Source: Catajapyx aquilonaris (lineage: Eukaryota). Taken from it: a stretch of 64,000 nt of DNA. The number at the start of each line of letters is the position of its first letter. Positions within the stretch are counted from its first letter, which is position 1. The position numbers and the translations under genes are program-made. The notes below the pieces were generated by a model, which was given only the letters and a program-made list of their open reading frames with translations, did not search any database and was not told the DNA's origin. The stretch is taken from NCBI GenBank assembly GCA_000934665.2, contig JYFJ02000031.1, positions 1 to 64,000 on the forward strand. Reading direction: 5' to 3'. Below, in pieces: positions 48,226 to 61,555 of this stretch.

Positions 48226-51200
48226 TTTTCGGGTTCCGGGTTCACTCTATCCGCCCCCACCACCCCATCCCCCAGATCATCATTTCCCCCCTCCCAGTCC
48301 CGTGACTGACGATGACGTTGGGGACAATAGCAGTAAACATGAAAAAGTCTACTCTAATCACGCTCACGTGTTTGTCAATCCTGTATAAGATATCGAGCCA
48401 TACACCACCAAGTAGCATTATATGCTCGCGTGATTAAGTCCACTTAGCACTAAAGAGTCATAATGGGCCATGAAGCTAGGATTTTCTGCTTTCACTCGTA
48501 TGTAAACAAGGTCAATAATAATTTGCTTGGGATTATCTTGAAACTGGTTTTTTTTTCGAACTTGAGTTTCACTTATATGCCCACTTTATGGCTGGGTGAC
48601 TTATAGACATGCAAAGCACCTGTGAAATGTGACCTGAAAGGACATCTACTATGTGGATGTTGGGATAATCGAGACTATAATTAACCGGCATGTATCCGGG
48701 ACAGCTCGTATATTTCTTCATCCAACTGGATTTACGACTCCCAAATGCACCTTGCAATCTCTGTATAGAACTGGTTTTTATATCTCTGCAAATTTGCGCA
48801 AAAAAAAGAAGCGTAAATGTCTTTTCCGATGCGGGCCGATATCAATCGTGCGGTAGCCACCATCAGCACCAGTGGTAATCTACGAAGCAATGTTGATAGC
48901 GAAAAAGGGCCCACTCTTTTAACCCAATTCGCGGAAGCGGCAAATGCAGTGCGAAAATCTGGATAGCACATTGTTGCGCAACGGAGACTAATCGCGTGAG
49001 AATTTCAATAACGTGGCGTAGACTGCAGCAGCTGGAATGTTGGTACCCGATGCCGCTTTCAGGCCCTTTGCAGATGGCTGTGTGGATTCGACTCCACAAA
49101 CGAAGCGGATCATATGCCTCGAAACATCAGCGAAACTTTGAGCTCAAAAAATATTTGATGGAATTATTTTAGTAATATATTTTTTAAAAAATAAATAAGC
49201 TCAAATTTGTATTACCGTGAGATAAAGTCGTAATTGAATTTTTACGCGGGTGAAAACAGGTAAAATTGCGTTCATTATCGTCACAGAGGGCTTGGAAACA
49301 TTGCGTTGTTTACGGATGGCTCTGCTGCTCGGTTTTTAAATTCGCGAACACATTTATTTCTCCAAATATGTAGCAAGTAAAGGCATGGGATGATTGATTA
49401 AGGTATTTGCACCTTACCTAGTGCTCAAAATTTAGTGTGCCGTCATATTTTGAGCTGAAACTGCCAGACAGGCGTAGTGAATCGACTGACTTGACGGGGT
49501 AAGAAACTCCAGCTGTATGTCACACAATGTTTATTATTCCCCCATATCCTTTCAAACTGTTTGAAAGATCACTTTTTGTAAAGAAAAAAGTATTCATTTC
49601 CTTGTCAGCCGATTTTTTTCCACCCTACCAAACCTCAAAAAGTTTTCCATCGTTTTAAGTTTTAACCACTGATTGACAGATCATTAAGTAAAAGTTAAAA
49701 GAGATGGATTATATACCGGCGAACCCGTCTTTAACCAAACGAACTTTTTTACAGTCCAGTAAAAAAGTTGATTTCTGGCGGTACTTCCAATCCTTTTCTA
49801 ATCCGCAATTAGACTCCGTAATCGTCTTACCGTCTCAGGAGACGCGACATGACTTTTTTATGAACCGAAAATGCAATTCTGTCTCCATCTGATAGACGGC
49901 ATGTGCCACGTTAATGTCGCGATCGAATAGCACAACTCTAGTAATGGTCTGACACATCCTCGACAAAAAAAGAGAAGACACTTCAATATAATCGTCTGCA
50001 AAATTTAGTAGTCGGAATGCGCCTGTCGTCAACTGAAAGATCGTTACGTAAACGGATTCATGTGACGTTACGTTCGGATATTTGCAACAATACCAAGGGA
50101 ACACTTTGCCTAAATGATGTTAAGGTTAGCTAAATTTTTAATTTGTTTAAAAATTTGAAAGATTGTGTTGGTCCTATTATGCGAATGTAATTTCCCGTGT
50201 AACTACCTAGTAAAAAAAATATTTAAAATTGCATAACCCGCAATGTAATTGGACAGCCGCATTATGTCAAGAGCACTGGCAGCTGTAATGAGAACATGAC
50301 GTGGTAAATTTTCCCCCGAATCGACAATCTACCGTGATTGACCGATCGTTAGATTTAAAATTTTGATCCAAACTGGCCTGCCCTCCAGGGGATCATTTAG
50401 ATTCGTCAAAGTACACGTGGAAAAATCCCACGTGAAAAATCGGAGGTTCAATGTCAAGGTTCTTCTCATGGGTATTAGAATTACCCTGTCTTATCTCTGG
50501 GGCCAGGGCCAAGTACCAAAGTACGTGGGAATATAAGAGGTTCAAAAAATGTACACTTTGCATCGTGCCATACCGTACTGTATACTTGGAAGACCCCTGG
50601 TTTTGATTGCCGGTGCTTTACGACGGAACATCATTTTGTAATGCTCGTGAGGGATTTTGCGAGGCCATAATCCAGTCCAAGACTGTCGATCTTAAACATA
50701 CTTCCCGAGGCTATAAACCTGTTAATATTAAACTGTGTGAAGAGGGCCAACTATCGACGTAGAATCAACAGACCTTTAGACCAAGTGTTTGGTCAGTGGT
50801 GGGCCAAAGGGCATATCTGGGGGTACGAAGTTCTGGATGTCACTGGGCCACCGTTTGCTCTGTGACGACACCATTAGTGGGCACTGTACCCTGAGGATCC
50901 TTCCCCGGAAGGCCAATTGTAACTCGGTACCGCACTTTAGCCATGTCGATAAAACATCCCTGTGGTTATTGGAATTTGGGCTAAAAAAATTCGTGACATA
51001 ATCGACAGAACTAATCAGCGTATTTCACAGTGGTGGCCCACCAGTTTCTTATCCATACGATCAATCTAGTTTGTGAATGGGGCGGCTGTAGACACGTGGA
51101 ACCGGGATTAGATGAGAATGGAGTCAAATCGGTGGGCAGTTTGGAGGCGGTCCAAGATGGCGGGTGCAAATGGATTGTGGCGCTCTTGGCAGGGGGGAAC

Positions 51201-51464
51201 TCACGCAAGCGACTCCTTTAGGGGCGCCATAACCCAGCACGCGACGTCCATCAACCAACTAGCGGGGGTCAATTTTGCCCCAAAAAGTCATTGGTTTCGA
51301 GGGAGTCAACCGGTAATGAATTTTGCCACATTCGACGCCATTTTGTTGATAGGAACCATTTTGGCGATATCAGTACGGAAATATTATTGCAAAATATCAC
51401 CCCTCTAGAGACCTGCCTGAACACCTCCCAGATTCCGCTGTAACGAACCGAGATACAGTCCATT

Positions 51465-51530
51465 GGCCATGTTACCTTCTATAGCCATATTACCTTCTAT
51501 GGCCATATTACCTTCTATGTGGCCATATTA
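51465..51530. repeat. 18-bp tandem repeat (gccatattaccttctatg), ~3.5 copies
   Basis: Directly visible. Confidence 0.85.
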
Positions 51531-53403
51531 TTATCATGGACCTTAATGTATTTTGTATATTGACACTACCTGCAGCCAGTGACCAATATGTGATAATATT
51601 CAACAATAAAAATCGAAAAAGCGATATTATACGAAAGTATCGAAATATCGCTTAGCCGGCAGAGCTTGAACGCAATGGCTTAATGAACCATTTATGTGTT
51701 TGCCATGCACTGTACACTTCCTCAGGGCTGGCTTCCAACTCAAACTGGAAATATAACGTTGTCGTTCGAGAGTGGGGCCCCGGTCTCTTCAAAAAGTCCC
51801 TCTGCTGGTATTTTTCTTTGGTGCTATTCAAAAGCGTGCAAAAGGAGCGGGTAATTGCGTCGCAGTTGGGTTCAAAAGCGACGTATTATTAAACGCGTAC
51901 TGGCTCCGGGACCCCCGTAACAGACCGAAATTGAAATGTAGGTTGGGAGATAGTGCGGAAAATAGTGTACTGCTCGCCCAATTAATCTAAGTTCCCTGAA
52001 TTGTAAGATGGGCCGATATTAGTCGCCAAAATAATTATAATGATTAAAATAATTTATTCCCCGTGATTTAATTTTTAAAATTATTTTTAAACTGATCGAT
52101 TCTCCATACCTATATTCGTTTCATGCTCATCATGACTATCGCCATTTACTGTCAAACTAACGCTCCCCATCACTCTTGATTTACCTCGAAGTGTTTGCAA
52201 TGTCTGGAATAGTTTTGGTATCAAGTTACAAAATAAAGCCGGTTGAATTCCGGGGCTGAGGTTACGAAATGAACTCTGGTCTAGGATGTACCCTGCCTCC
52301 AATCGGATTATTCGGAGGTTGATTTGGGCCTGGGTTGGAACTAAGGAAACCATATGTACATACACAAATAGGTCCGGTTCTATTTAGGAACATGCATTGG
52401 GGGGGGGAGGGTCTGGAGTTATCGTTCTTTCTTTTTTTTTCCAAGAAGACTTTACGAGCGTAGTAGCTTCCCTTTACAGCACTCCTAATTCTACCTGCAG
52501 CTGAGTTGGAAATTCATTGGGGAGGCTGCTTGCCAGTCGTAAAACCGAATTGATCGGCCAAGAAGGGGAGAGGCGGTTTTAAGGGTCGCCAAAAAAAAAT
52601 TATTTGACATCCGACAAAAATATATCGCGACAATGATGAAGTTGACACCAGGACAGCCTGTAAACTTCTGAAATTCGAGCCATCATTTGCAAAATTTAGG
52701 TGCAATTTTTTTTCGTAAAAGATGGGTAATGAACTGTATGTTCCTCTTGATTTAACCAGGGGAATGAAAATTTGATCAGATTTTGCTCCTGTGTTATAGG
52801 CTGGGGGCACCCTTTTGTTGACTCTCTGCATTAGTTCGTGGGTGATTCCGGAGCAATTATGGGCTTTGTTCGGATGTGAAATGGTGTATTGTTGGAGCGA
52901 CAGGTTTGATGCGGATTTCCCTCCCCAAAAAATTGGCGATAGCAAAAAAAATTATCTGCAGCCCCCTGATTATAATAATGGCGGTAATTTCACATTAGTC
53001 AAACAGGTCACATATGAGCTTGCATAACTTTCAAAACAATATTGCTTCATAACCCAAATGTATTCTGATTGTAGTTACGGGGCGTAATAAATATACATGT
53101 AAATAATAATTTTGGCCCTGAACAACTGAATAACCCCCAACTGCAGAAGGATTTGCTACAGGTTCAAACCATTCAGTATTCAGCTTCCTGCTGAAAGTCA
53201 TTACCAACAACTTTACAACCACAACGGTATTGTGTTTCATATTTTACGAGCGCCGGATATATGTATTAACTCCTGCGCAGTTTTATTTTATTTTATGTCC
53301 ATTCCGGAAACATGTGATTTTCGCATGGCCTTGCCACTTGCCCAATTGTGCTGACATGTACTTATAGCTAAACAATGATATTTCAGAAGCTGTTACCTTA
53401 TAA

Positions 53404-53431
53404 GTGTTTCTCTTGTCTTTCGCAGGTAAGG
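53404..53431 (+). promoter_or_regulatory. Candidate recursive splice site (ratchet point) at 53425|53426
   Basis: gtgtttctcttgtctttcgCAG|GTAAGG: a pyrimidine tract and acceptor fused directly to a donor, on the sense strand of the long RAVER-like intron. Confidence 0.55.
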
Positions 53432-54366
53432 GCAACTTGGCTTATGTGGATAATTTCCACATTGTATGAGTAGTGGCGCCTCCAGTACCATCACCCCGTA
53501 CACGGTACTGTACCACCCTCTTTGACGATCGGGCTAACGGATTCACATAACCATCGAAACCACGTTCCGGAGTGTGCTCCAGCGGTTTTGACACATTGCG
53601 GAAGAATGGTGTCATGCGGGGGTAGCTTTATGGTACACATTGGCTTAATGGGAGTGAATACAGCATCAGGCCAGCTGACAGCCTCCGCTCCAGTATGTGG
53701 TATACATACCCATGTTTTTCATACCGTTTCCAGATGACGCTTCAGGCCAGTGACACCTCCCTTTTGTGTCGAAATTGCCAAGTTCTCCAGGAATGGGTCC
53801 GGCTATTCCTATAGCTAACAAGAGGGCCATATTGCGGGGCTCCACGAGCTATTGAATCCGCGAAAGAACGCAGGGGGGGTGCATTCAAGAAAGGTTCCCT
53901 ACAAGCCTTCAGGTCTGGAACCGCACCGGAACATCCTCATTGTCCAAAGTGAACGGTGAGGGGGTATAGACGCAAAGACAAACTCCATTTCCTGAATTAC
54001 CAGGGATATTCTTTCACGAGTTGCACTGGAGAAGAAACCACCCCCAGAAAAAAAAACAAGGGTACCAGTCGTACCCTTACCAACGTGAAGATGGGGGAGA
54101 AGCATCTGGACCATTCACAAAAGAGCGAGTAAAAAAAAAAAAGAAGACCGTGACTATAAATCCTTGAAAGAGGTTCGGTTGAATGGCGCCTAGGGGAACG
54201 GTTGCGAAAGGATCAACGGTCCTGGAAATGGCGCCGGAATTATGATGGTTTTGAGGAGGAAAATGTCATGTTCAAGGGAGTTGTAGGTGTTTGATGAGTT
54301 TTGGTGAAAATTGAGGAATTATAACGAGAAGCCAGAAAATTAGACTGAAATTGAGTGAGAAGGGGG

Positions 54367-54464
54367 CGAATTTTCGTCCCACTGCTAGTGACTGCTATTA
54401 GCAGTGTTGGTGCCAACACGGGTACTGCTACGTTAGAAGTAAGAAGCAGTGGGACGAAAATTCG
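54367..54464. mobile_element. 98-bp element with perfect 20-bp TIR
   Basis: cgaattttcgtcccactgct ... agcagtgggacgaaaattcg; no target-site duplication recognised. Confidence 0.6.

Positions 54465-54467
<3 letters not shown>

Positions 54468-54536
<69 letters not shown>
54468..54536. repeat. (AAT)23 microsatellite
   Basis: Perfect trinucleotide run; explains the poly-Ile ORFs on both strands. Confidence 0.97.
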
Positions 54537-54537
<1 letters not shown>

Positions 54538-56023
54538 TGGCGCACTCGACACTTCGCAGAAAATGATGACATGCGGTTCTTGCCCACCCCAAATTGTGTT
54601 CGTGCTACTAACTGAAATTTTTTATGGGTTTATTAAGAAATCGTGCGCTTATCGGCGCTTAATCAAGGCTGTTTCCCCCAATAGTGCAGCGCCATAAATT
54701 ACACCTGAACGCTAATAATCTGCTGCCAACTTTTGTGAGTGCCTTCTTCGTTTTCTTCTTCGCCTTGATATCATTTCCAGGACCGTCTGTCGAAGTGGCA
54801 GATGTACTACTCTTCGAACCTCATTTTATACGGTTCCGTGATATAAAAATGGTCTTGGGGATTGCGGCCGAAAATGGCGAAAACGCCCTACAATTTGGTC
54901 TTTATTGCTTTCTTAAGGCGGCTGGAATTTGCAGGGCGGACTGGGGGGTAGGGTAGTATCAAATTGATATCGGAGCATGAAGATTAAAGGAAATGGAAAT
55001 CATTTGTTCAGCAGGGAAGACCGAACATGTTGGTACACCACTGATAATGTGCAGTAAAAGTGCCATGTTTCCGCCAATAGGAAGGCACTAGGAGATCGAT
55101 AAGTCACGGGGAAGTCTCACTCCAGCTCTATTAGTACCTAGTTCAAGCACAGCCAACTGAATGAAACGGCTACTCTGTACGCACTTGTGAGCAAATTGGT
55201 CGGAACCGCAAAGAATTACTTTGCGTCCAGGTTGGGCAAACCCAACTATTTGCAATGTGCAATTTCGAGCCACAAATAGTTCAAATGGGTCGAAGTTATA
55301 GTACCGCGTAATATTCAAAATCTTCAGAGGAAGCTCAAAGGAACGGTTATCACCTTACACTGCTTACAGCTTTTGCTTTGTGCAACAATACCCGTCCTAA
55401 AAATTACCGACGTGCATGACAGGCTTCCCAGCCATCGCTCACCGGTTAATCTCAAATCTTGTTATCTCAAACAGTACATGAAGGGCATATCCGTGACAAA
55501 AAAACCCCAAGGGGTGGAGCCACCGAAAGTCACGAGCTCTAATTAAAGAAAACTAACTCTTTATGACGGACATGCCCGGATAATTCTGGTTGCATTAATG
55601 ACGTCCCTACCAATTAATGTGCATACAATGCATAGCTCACATCCACATACGGGGGTTTAATGACCCTTAAAAATGTAATGTGAGAACCCAACGAAAAATG
55701 AGACATGTTCCGCCATGTTACGAGTGTGTGGGGAGGATTGTTTTTTTCCCCCTCTAGGTTTTTCCCCTCCGTCTAGCTGCCTTACAAGCTTCGTTTCAGC
55801 TGGATGACTACCTTCCTTCTTTAGGCTGTTTCGAGAAGCCAAGCTGAACAAAGAGAGCTCAGAGTGGAAGGAAACGCGGCTCAAGGAGCGATACGCTTGC
55901 TGGTGGCCTCACAAATGGCGAGTGTAGCACTAACATGGGTTTTAGCCCTTAGTTAGTGCAGTGGTTGAGCAAATGGCGACCAATCTGGCTTATTTTGAAA
56001 ACAAGTGGAAGAAAAGGCTCAAT

Positions 56024-56157
56024 GCCATCTACCGGTGAGCCATGCCATCCCCCCCAGTATGACAACGCCATCTACCGGTGAGCCAAGCCATCCCCCAGTG
56101 TGGCAACGCCATCTACTGGCGAGCCGCTTGCCCACTAGTGGCATCTACCGTTGAGCC
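56024..56157 (-). promoter_or_regulatory. Tandem array of CTCF-like motifs (~41-43-bp unit)
   Basis: gccatctac(c/t)gg at 56024, 56067 and 56108 reads CC(G/A)GTAGATGGC on the minus strand; a degenerate fourth copy is at 56141. Confidence 0.5.
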
Positions 56158-58394
56158 ACGCAATAACGGCTCTCAGAATGAAGACGTCAGCATCAGCACA
56201 CAGATTGCGACGTTTCTTAGCCCTCGGACTTTTTCCTATTGATCGTAGTAAATTGCAATCGTGTCTTCGGGTATCCCCTCGGGGTCCCACAGCACCCTGG
56301 ACGGAATATATTTACGCTGGGGTAGCCTCATGAATAAAAACAGTGGCGCTTTGTCTCTGGGCCATGCGGTTTCAGCACGACCACTTCTGGGCGGCCATGT
56401 TTCTTCCGTTTGCAAGATGACTTTTGAGGGTGGGGGACCTTAGCATTCTTGGCCAACCGGCAACATACGGCCATGAGGGGAAAGTGCGCTAATTGCAAAG
56501 GTTCTCCAGAGGGTAGGTTCGAGGATGATAAATGCATTTGTAAGTATGGCCTGCAATTTGTTCGCCGGACTAGTAATGGCGGCGGTGGAGATTAAAATGA
56601 TGCGAATGTATCGGTTTTGCGGGTTTCCCCAAGAGTGCTCGTTCACACCTATTCGCGCTTATCAGGCTCAATTAGCGAACAGTTCCCGAAGCCATGAATT
56701 AATAGTGAGCTTTTTTTTATTTTTAAAAAAATGGGTGTAGTATTGTTCGATCTAACCTGTTCTATCGTGGATTGACCAGAGGGTATGATTTAATTTGGCT
56801 CTAATGAAGATCGAATGAATAATGGTTGACTGAACTGTGCGATTGTCCAAGTAAAATGCAGGTGATTAACAATAGGGGTAGTTCACTGTACTCTACCCGG
56901 ATTGGGACACCTTTTGTCCCGGAAAGAAGGCATTTCGCGGTTGGAAGAACTCCGGGATGGAAAGGTGAACATCGATTTCCTGCCAGTCCCTTAAACTTGC
57001 CATCCAGGGATCTTAAGATATATCTAGTTAATAAACGGTGGCTTTTTAAAGTGCTACTTCGTGTCCTAGTCTTGTTCTGCTTTTTCCTCTCCTGAGGCTT
57101 CCCTTTTGACCTTTAAACTTTCTTTTTTGCACTCTTCTTAAGGGGACTGGCAGGCATTTCCAGGAGATTGCTATGGATTTCCTCCCTAGGGAGCCCACCC
57201 AATTAACTCGCCACGTTTCCAAGTTTTCTCCCCAAAGCGACCCTGGTGGCCCAGAGGCTCCTAGGACCTGGTCATGGCAAAGTTTGAGTGGCAGGAAAGT
57301 ACACAAACGATGGCTGACCTCGCCAGTTGATGTACTTTGTTTGGATGAGCAGGGAAATGTAAACTTGAAAAGTGATGCTGCACTTAAAGGAGTTACGGTC
57401 ACCATTAGTCTGCTGATAGATGGCTCTGGGTCCTCACCCGGTGAGCCAGCGCCATCTACCGGCGAGCCAGGGTGGAGCTTATCAAAATGGCGACTTTTCG
57501 ACCTAATAAGCCTGCGAGCTAAACGAGCGTCGGTCGTGAGAATGACTAAAAAGAGGATTTAGTGACTGTAAACTTGGGGCGAGGCGACTTGATGCCGCTG
57601 TTCGTTTAGCGTATAACTGCGGTGCCCAGTTAAATTTTAAGCCCAAGTAACGGCGATCTTGAGCAGATTCATTTGGCTAAACAACCCCCGCGCTGTCATC
57701 TCTGGAAATTGAATCAAAATTGTTATGCTGGATTTAAACTGAGTGGGCGCCACTAAAAAACTGCAGACGTGTTTTTGCTTGTCTACTTCCTGTGTACGCA
57801 TGTACCGGAATAAGCTTCTAAATTCATGAAGTACGTCGTGGGCGTCTCTGAAAAAAATCTAATCAAGACCAGCCCCTGATTGGTACCTATAGTGATTGAC
57901 AACATTTCCTATGGGACCCCACTGCTCTCCTTTCTCATGGATCATAAAACATATAAGGTTGTTTGCCTTCGACCTGTACCCTCCATACGAAAGGTTGGTG
58001 TGGGTGACGAAATAGGGCGGGGTTGATTCTGGCCTCAAAATCAACCGGCGTGAAGGCCAATCGATGCTTCGGACTGGACACAACGGTGTCCGTTGGTTCA
58101 TGGCTAGGAGAGGGATAAAAACAAGACCGATATTGGCAGCCGGTGGACAAGAAGCCAATTTCGTCTTGGAGTTTAGGAAAGGAGCCAAAGAAAACTGAAG
58201 AGAGTGTATATCACTCGGATCCTATTTTGAAATCGAGAAGGGTCACGTCTGGCCACTGTTTCCTAGAGGACGTCACAACACAGCTGGTCATTCGCTACTG
58301 TGTAATTGGAACTGAGTTGGATTTCTGAGTGAATTTGCTGATTGTAACGTTCAAATGACATCATCAGTGTGTTGTGACGTCTTAAACGTCACTA

Positions 58395-58670
58395 CCACCA
58401 ATCGGATGAAGCATGGCCAGTGACGTCACCCTACTGCCTGCCAATTGGCTAAAGACTAGCCAGTGACGCAATCCATCCACCAATCGGGTGGAGCATGTCC
58501 AGTGACGTCACCCCATCGCCTGCCAATTGGCTAAAGACCACCCAGTGACGTCCATCCACCAATTGGCTGAAATATGACCAGTGACGTCACCCCATCGCCT
58601 GCCAATTGACTAAAGACTCTAGCCAGTGACGTTATCATATTGCACCAATCCGCTGATGGATAGCCAGCGA
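58395..58670. repeat. ~80-bp tandem repeat (3+ copies) built from ~40-bp CCAAT...CCAGTGACG modules
   Basis: Units start at ~58395, 58477 and 58556, each with a full TGACGTCA. Confidence 0.85.
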
Positions 58671-59603
58671 CGCCATTCGTCCGATAGACCATTGTCGCCA
58701 ATCGCCTGAAGAATGGCCAATAAAGTCTGGTTCCGGATGAGACCATCCATCTTAAGGTCAATCAAGGAATGACCAAGACGCATGACTGCACTTCCGGTAG
58801 CATATTCCCGAGATTTATCGCGTATGATCTGTAATTACACCCTGTACTGCCATATATCGAGATCCTATGTTTGAAATGCCTCTGGTAATTTGTGGGTGCC
58901 GTTGTAGACCTCTCGCCACACACAACCTGTCGATATTATATACCTCCGGATATTACCAAGGATTAGACTACTATAGTAGCCTATAAGCTATAAACCTCCC
59001 ACGTGCCTGAAGCAACGGGTACCGGTGTCGACGGAAAAGCAACGTCCGTATTGATTTTTAACCTTTGTAAATTAGTCCGTGCAAACCTTCCCTTCTCTGA
59101 ATCATTGGCTTGGGGTGGAAAAGGAACGATGAATAGCTCCATTAATTCCTAGAGAGCCAGGGGGGACTTTTTTTTTTAAAATTGTCCTATGGTCATACCT
59201 AGAGCTTTAATGAAGCCAATTGTCGAGCCAGAGCGCGTGGATAGATCATTCCCCCAGCAGGTAGTGCAAATGGTAAAAACTGGGCCTAATAATAGTGTTT
59301 TTTCCCCCCCCCTAAAGCTCGTGGGTGTAAATGTTGGCAACCGCACCCTATAGTACCCCTATCCTCGTGTCTTGTGGTGGCGGCCAGGAGTGTGCGGGTA
59401 ATAAGCCGAAATGAAGCAGGCAGACGTGCATTTCAAGGGAGAAGCTTGTTACGAAACATAAAAGGACCAATTAACTCCGTTGCCCTTTGATTTGCATGTA
59501 GGTCAATTGACGAAAGGAGTAAGGTAGAGGGTGCACTAAGGACAAATATTTGAAGTCGAGGTGTCAAATTATACCTCATAGTTGCCCTCATTCTCCTATA
59601 GGC

Positions 59604-59647
59604 CGTCTCACGACTCGCTACAACGCGTTGTAGCGAGTCGTGAGACG
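59604..59647. repeat. Perfect 44-bp palindrome without a loop
   Basis: cgtctcacgactcgctacaacg|cgttgtagcgagtcgtgagacg. Confidence 0.95.
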
Positions 59648-61229
59648 CCATCTCTTGGCAAAAAAAACAGCTTCTGGCTCACTATAGTAAACATGCAGTA
59701 AAAATGGCTCTTGCCACCTTCATTGTTCGATTGTGCTCGATCAAATAATGCCCTGAAAGCCAGCTTCTCACGTCCTCCTCTTTGATAAAGCGTGGCCCCA
59801 AGTTGCAATGTCTGGGCCACCTGTTCCCTGTGCTTACTTATAGATGTCGACCTCTTGGGAAACCCTGTCACTCAACTCATTGGGAGAGAGTCTTTGTGCC
59901 TGTCACCTGCTCCCTCTCCCGTAACCCCCCCTTCGTACACTCTAGTATAGCACACTATTCATGTGGTGCGCGCCAGAAAGTTTCATCGCCAGCAAGTTGC
60001 TCTCCAAATCTAATTACATGCCGACCCCCTCTGGCAAGAGGAGGCATCTGACGGAAAGTCTTCATTAAACTCAAGGCACTACTAGTAATAGTTAGGGGGC
60101 GTTTGCACCAATAAACTGAGTCGGAGTCGCATCTATTCGAATTACTGGAAGGCTTGGGAATCAGAGAATTTGGCAAATTCGGGTGCGTATTGCGGCTGTA
60201 AACAAGTCTAGGAACGAGTCGCGTAAGTTACGAGGGAAGTAGACGGACTCATTACTGGAACCAGGATCGCCACCGTGCTACACCAGCGCCGAAACGGTAA
60301 CCCCACTCCCTAAGCGCACGTGGGTGTGCAATAAGGCTCCTACACAAAACTTCTGCTTTTTATACAGGGTGAAGGGAAACTCGTGGATAATCGCCAGGTA
60401 GACTGCTAGTACTCGTAAAACTAATATAGGGATGTGCAATTAGTTTTGTGCTCCGTTGCAGAGTTACTGTGTACGGCGCCGTCAAATTTTCGTGACGTCA
60501 CATCCGTTCAGCCAGCTTCTAAGAAGCAAAAGTCAGTTCGATGGCCTTGGTCCCTTGCCTCCGACGACGAAGTAGCTGCTAATTGGCTGAACTAGCTGCG
60601 ATTTTGAACAGTTAGCCCGCTATATGTCAAAGCAATGCATGGGCGGACCTCATGTTTTTATTGAAACCCACTCTGCAAACACCATCAACCCATATTGCTT
60701 TCGACCATCGATTCATCACACCGCCATCAGCCTTCCTACAATATACATGAAACAATCCAAATAACATCATCTTGCAGGGACCGCCATCTTTCCTCCAGTC
60801 CAATACCCAGCCTTGTAGTTATGTCAGCGAAACGCGCAACTGTTTGTTGTTTCCAGTTCGAAACTTTTGGAGGGCGATGCCTGCAAACAGTGTTGACACT
60901 TCATTACAGGATATTGGCGCGCGATTCCAGGAGAGCAAACTGAATCCCAACTCATTGCAGCATTGCGACCTTGCCAATAGTGCTCCGCTAGGTTTACACT
61001 GTCATAATGAGGACCTATGGACGCTCCGACTGGCACCGCGCAAATAATAGGCACCAGTAATTCCGTATACCAGCTTATGTCAGAGAAACTCGGGCCTTTT
61101 GTGGGAGGGACCGGCTTAAAGCTTGTTATGATATGTTATGTGGTAGTGGCCACTAGATGGGGTTGGAGCTAGTTGTCATTAGCCGGTAGGGGGAGGCTAC
61201 ACGGTTTGTAATCATGCAGTAAGGTTGAG

Positions 61230-61555
61230 ACCATGGTCTTAGAATACTCAGGTCTGGTCACTCCCACTTATCGCCTGCCGGGGCGTTTTGCATGAAGTGC
61301 TCACTTGAGAGCGCCATGAGACATTTCAATGCTGCCTTATGTGGCTGGGGGACCCAGCATGGTCGCCGGCGGCCATGTTGCGCCCGCATGTAGCGCTTCC
61401 CTTTTGTGCCTATAAAGTTCAGCGCTGTCCGGTAGGGTCGCCACATAATAGCGCAGTGAAATGTCTCATGGTGCTCTCAAGTGAGCACCTCATGCAAAAC
61501 GTCCCGGCAGGCGATAAGAGGGAGTGACCAGACCTGAGTATTCTAAGACCATGGT
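61230..61555. mobile_element. Fold-back element, same family as 18709-19043
   Basis: Perfect terminal inverted repeat accatggtcttagaatactcaggtctggtcactccc; shares gtgctcacttga.agcgccatgagacattt, cctataaagttcagc and gtccggtagggtcgccacataa with the 18.7-kb copy; left arm has an internal deletion. Confidence 0.88.

Noticed and set aside
54240..54615. Poly-isoleucine ORFs on both strands
   Set aside because: Produced by the (AAT)23 microsatellite.
56024..58670. CRISPR-like repeat-spacer appearance of the 56.0-kb and 58.4-kb arrays
   Set aside because: The intervening sequences are themselves repeated rather than unique, the context is eukaryotic, and there are no cas genes.
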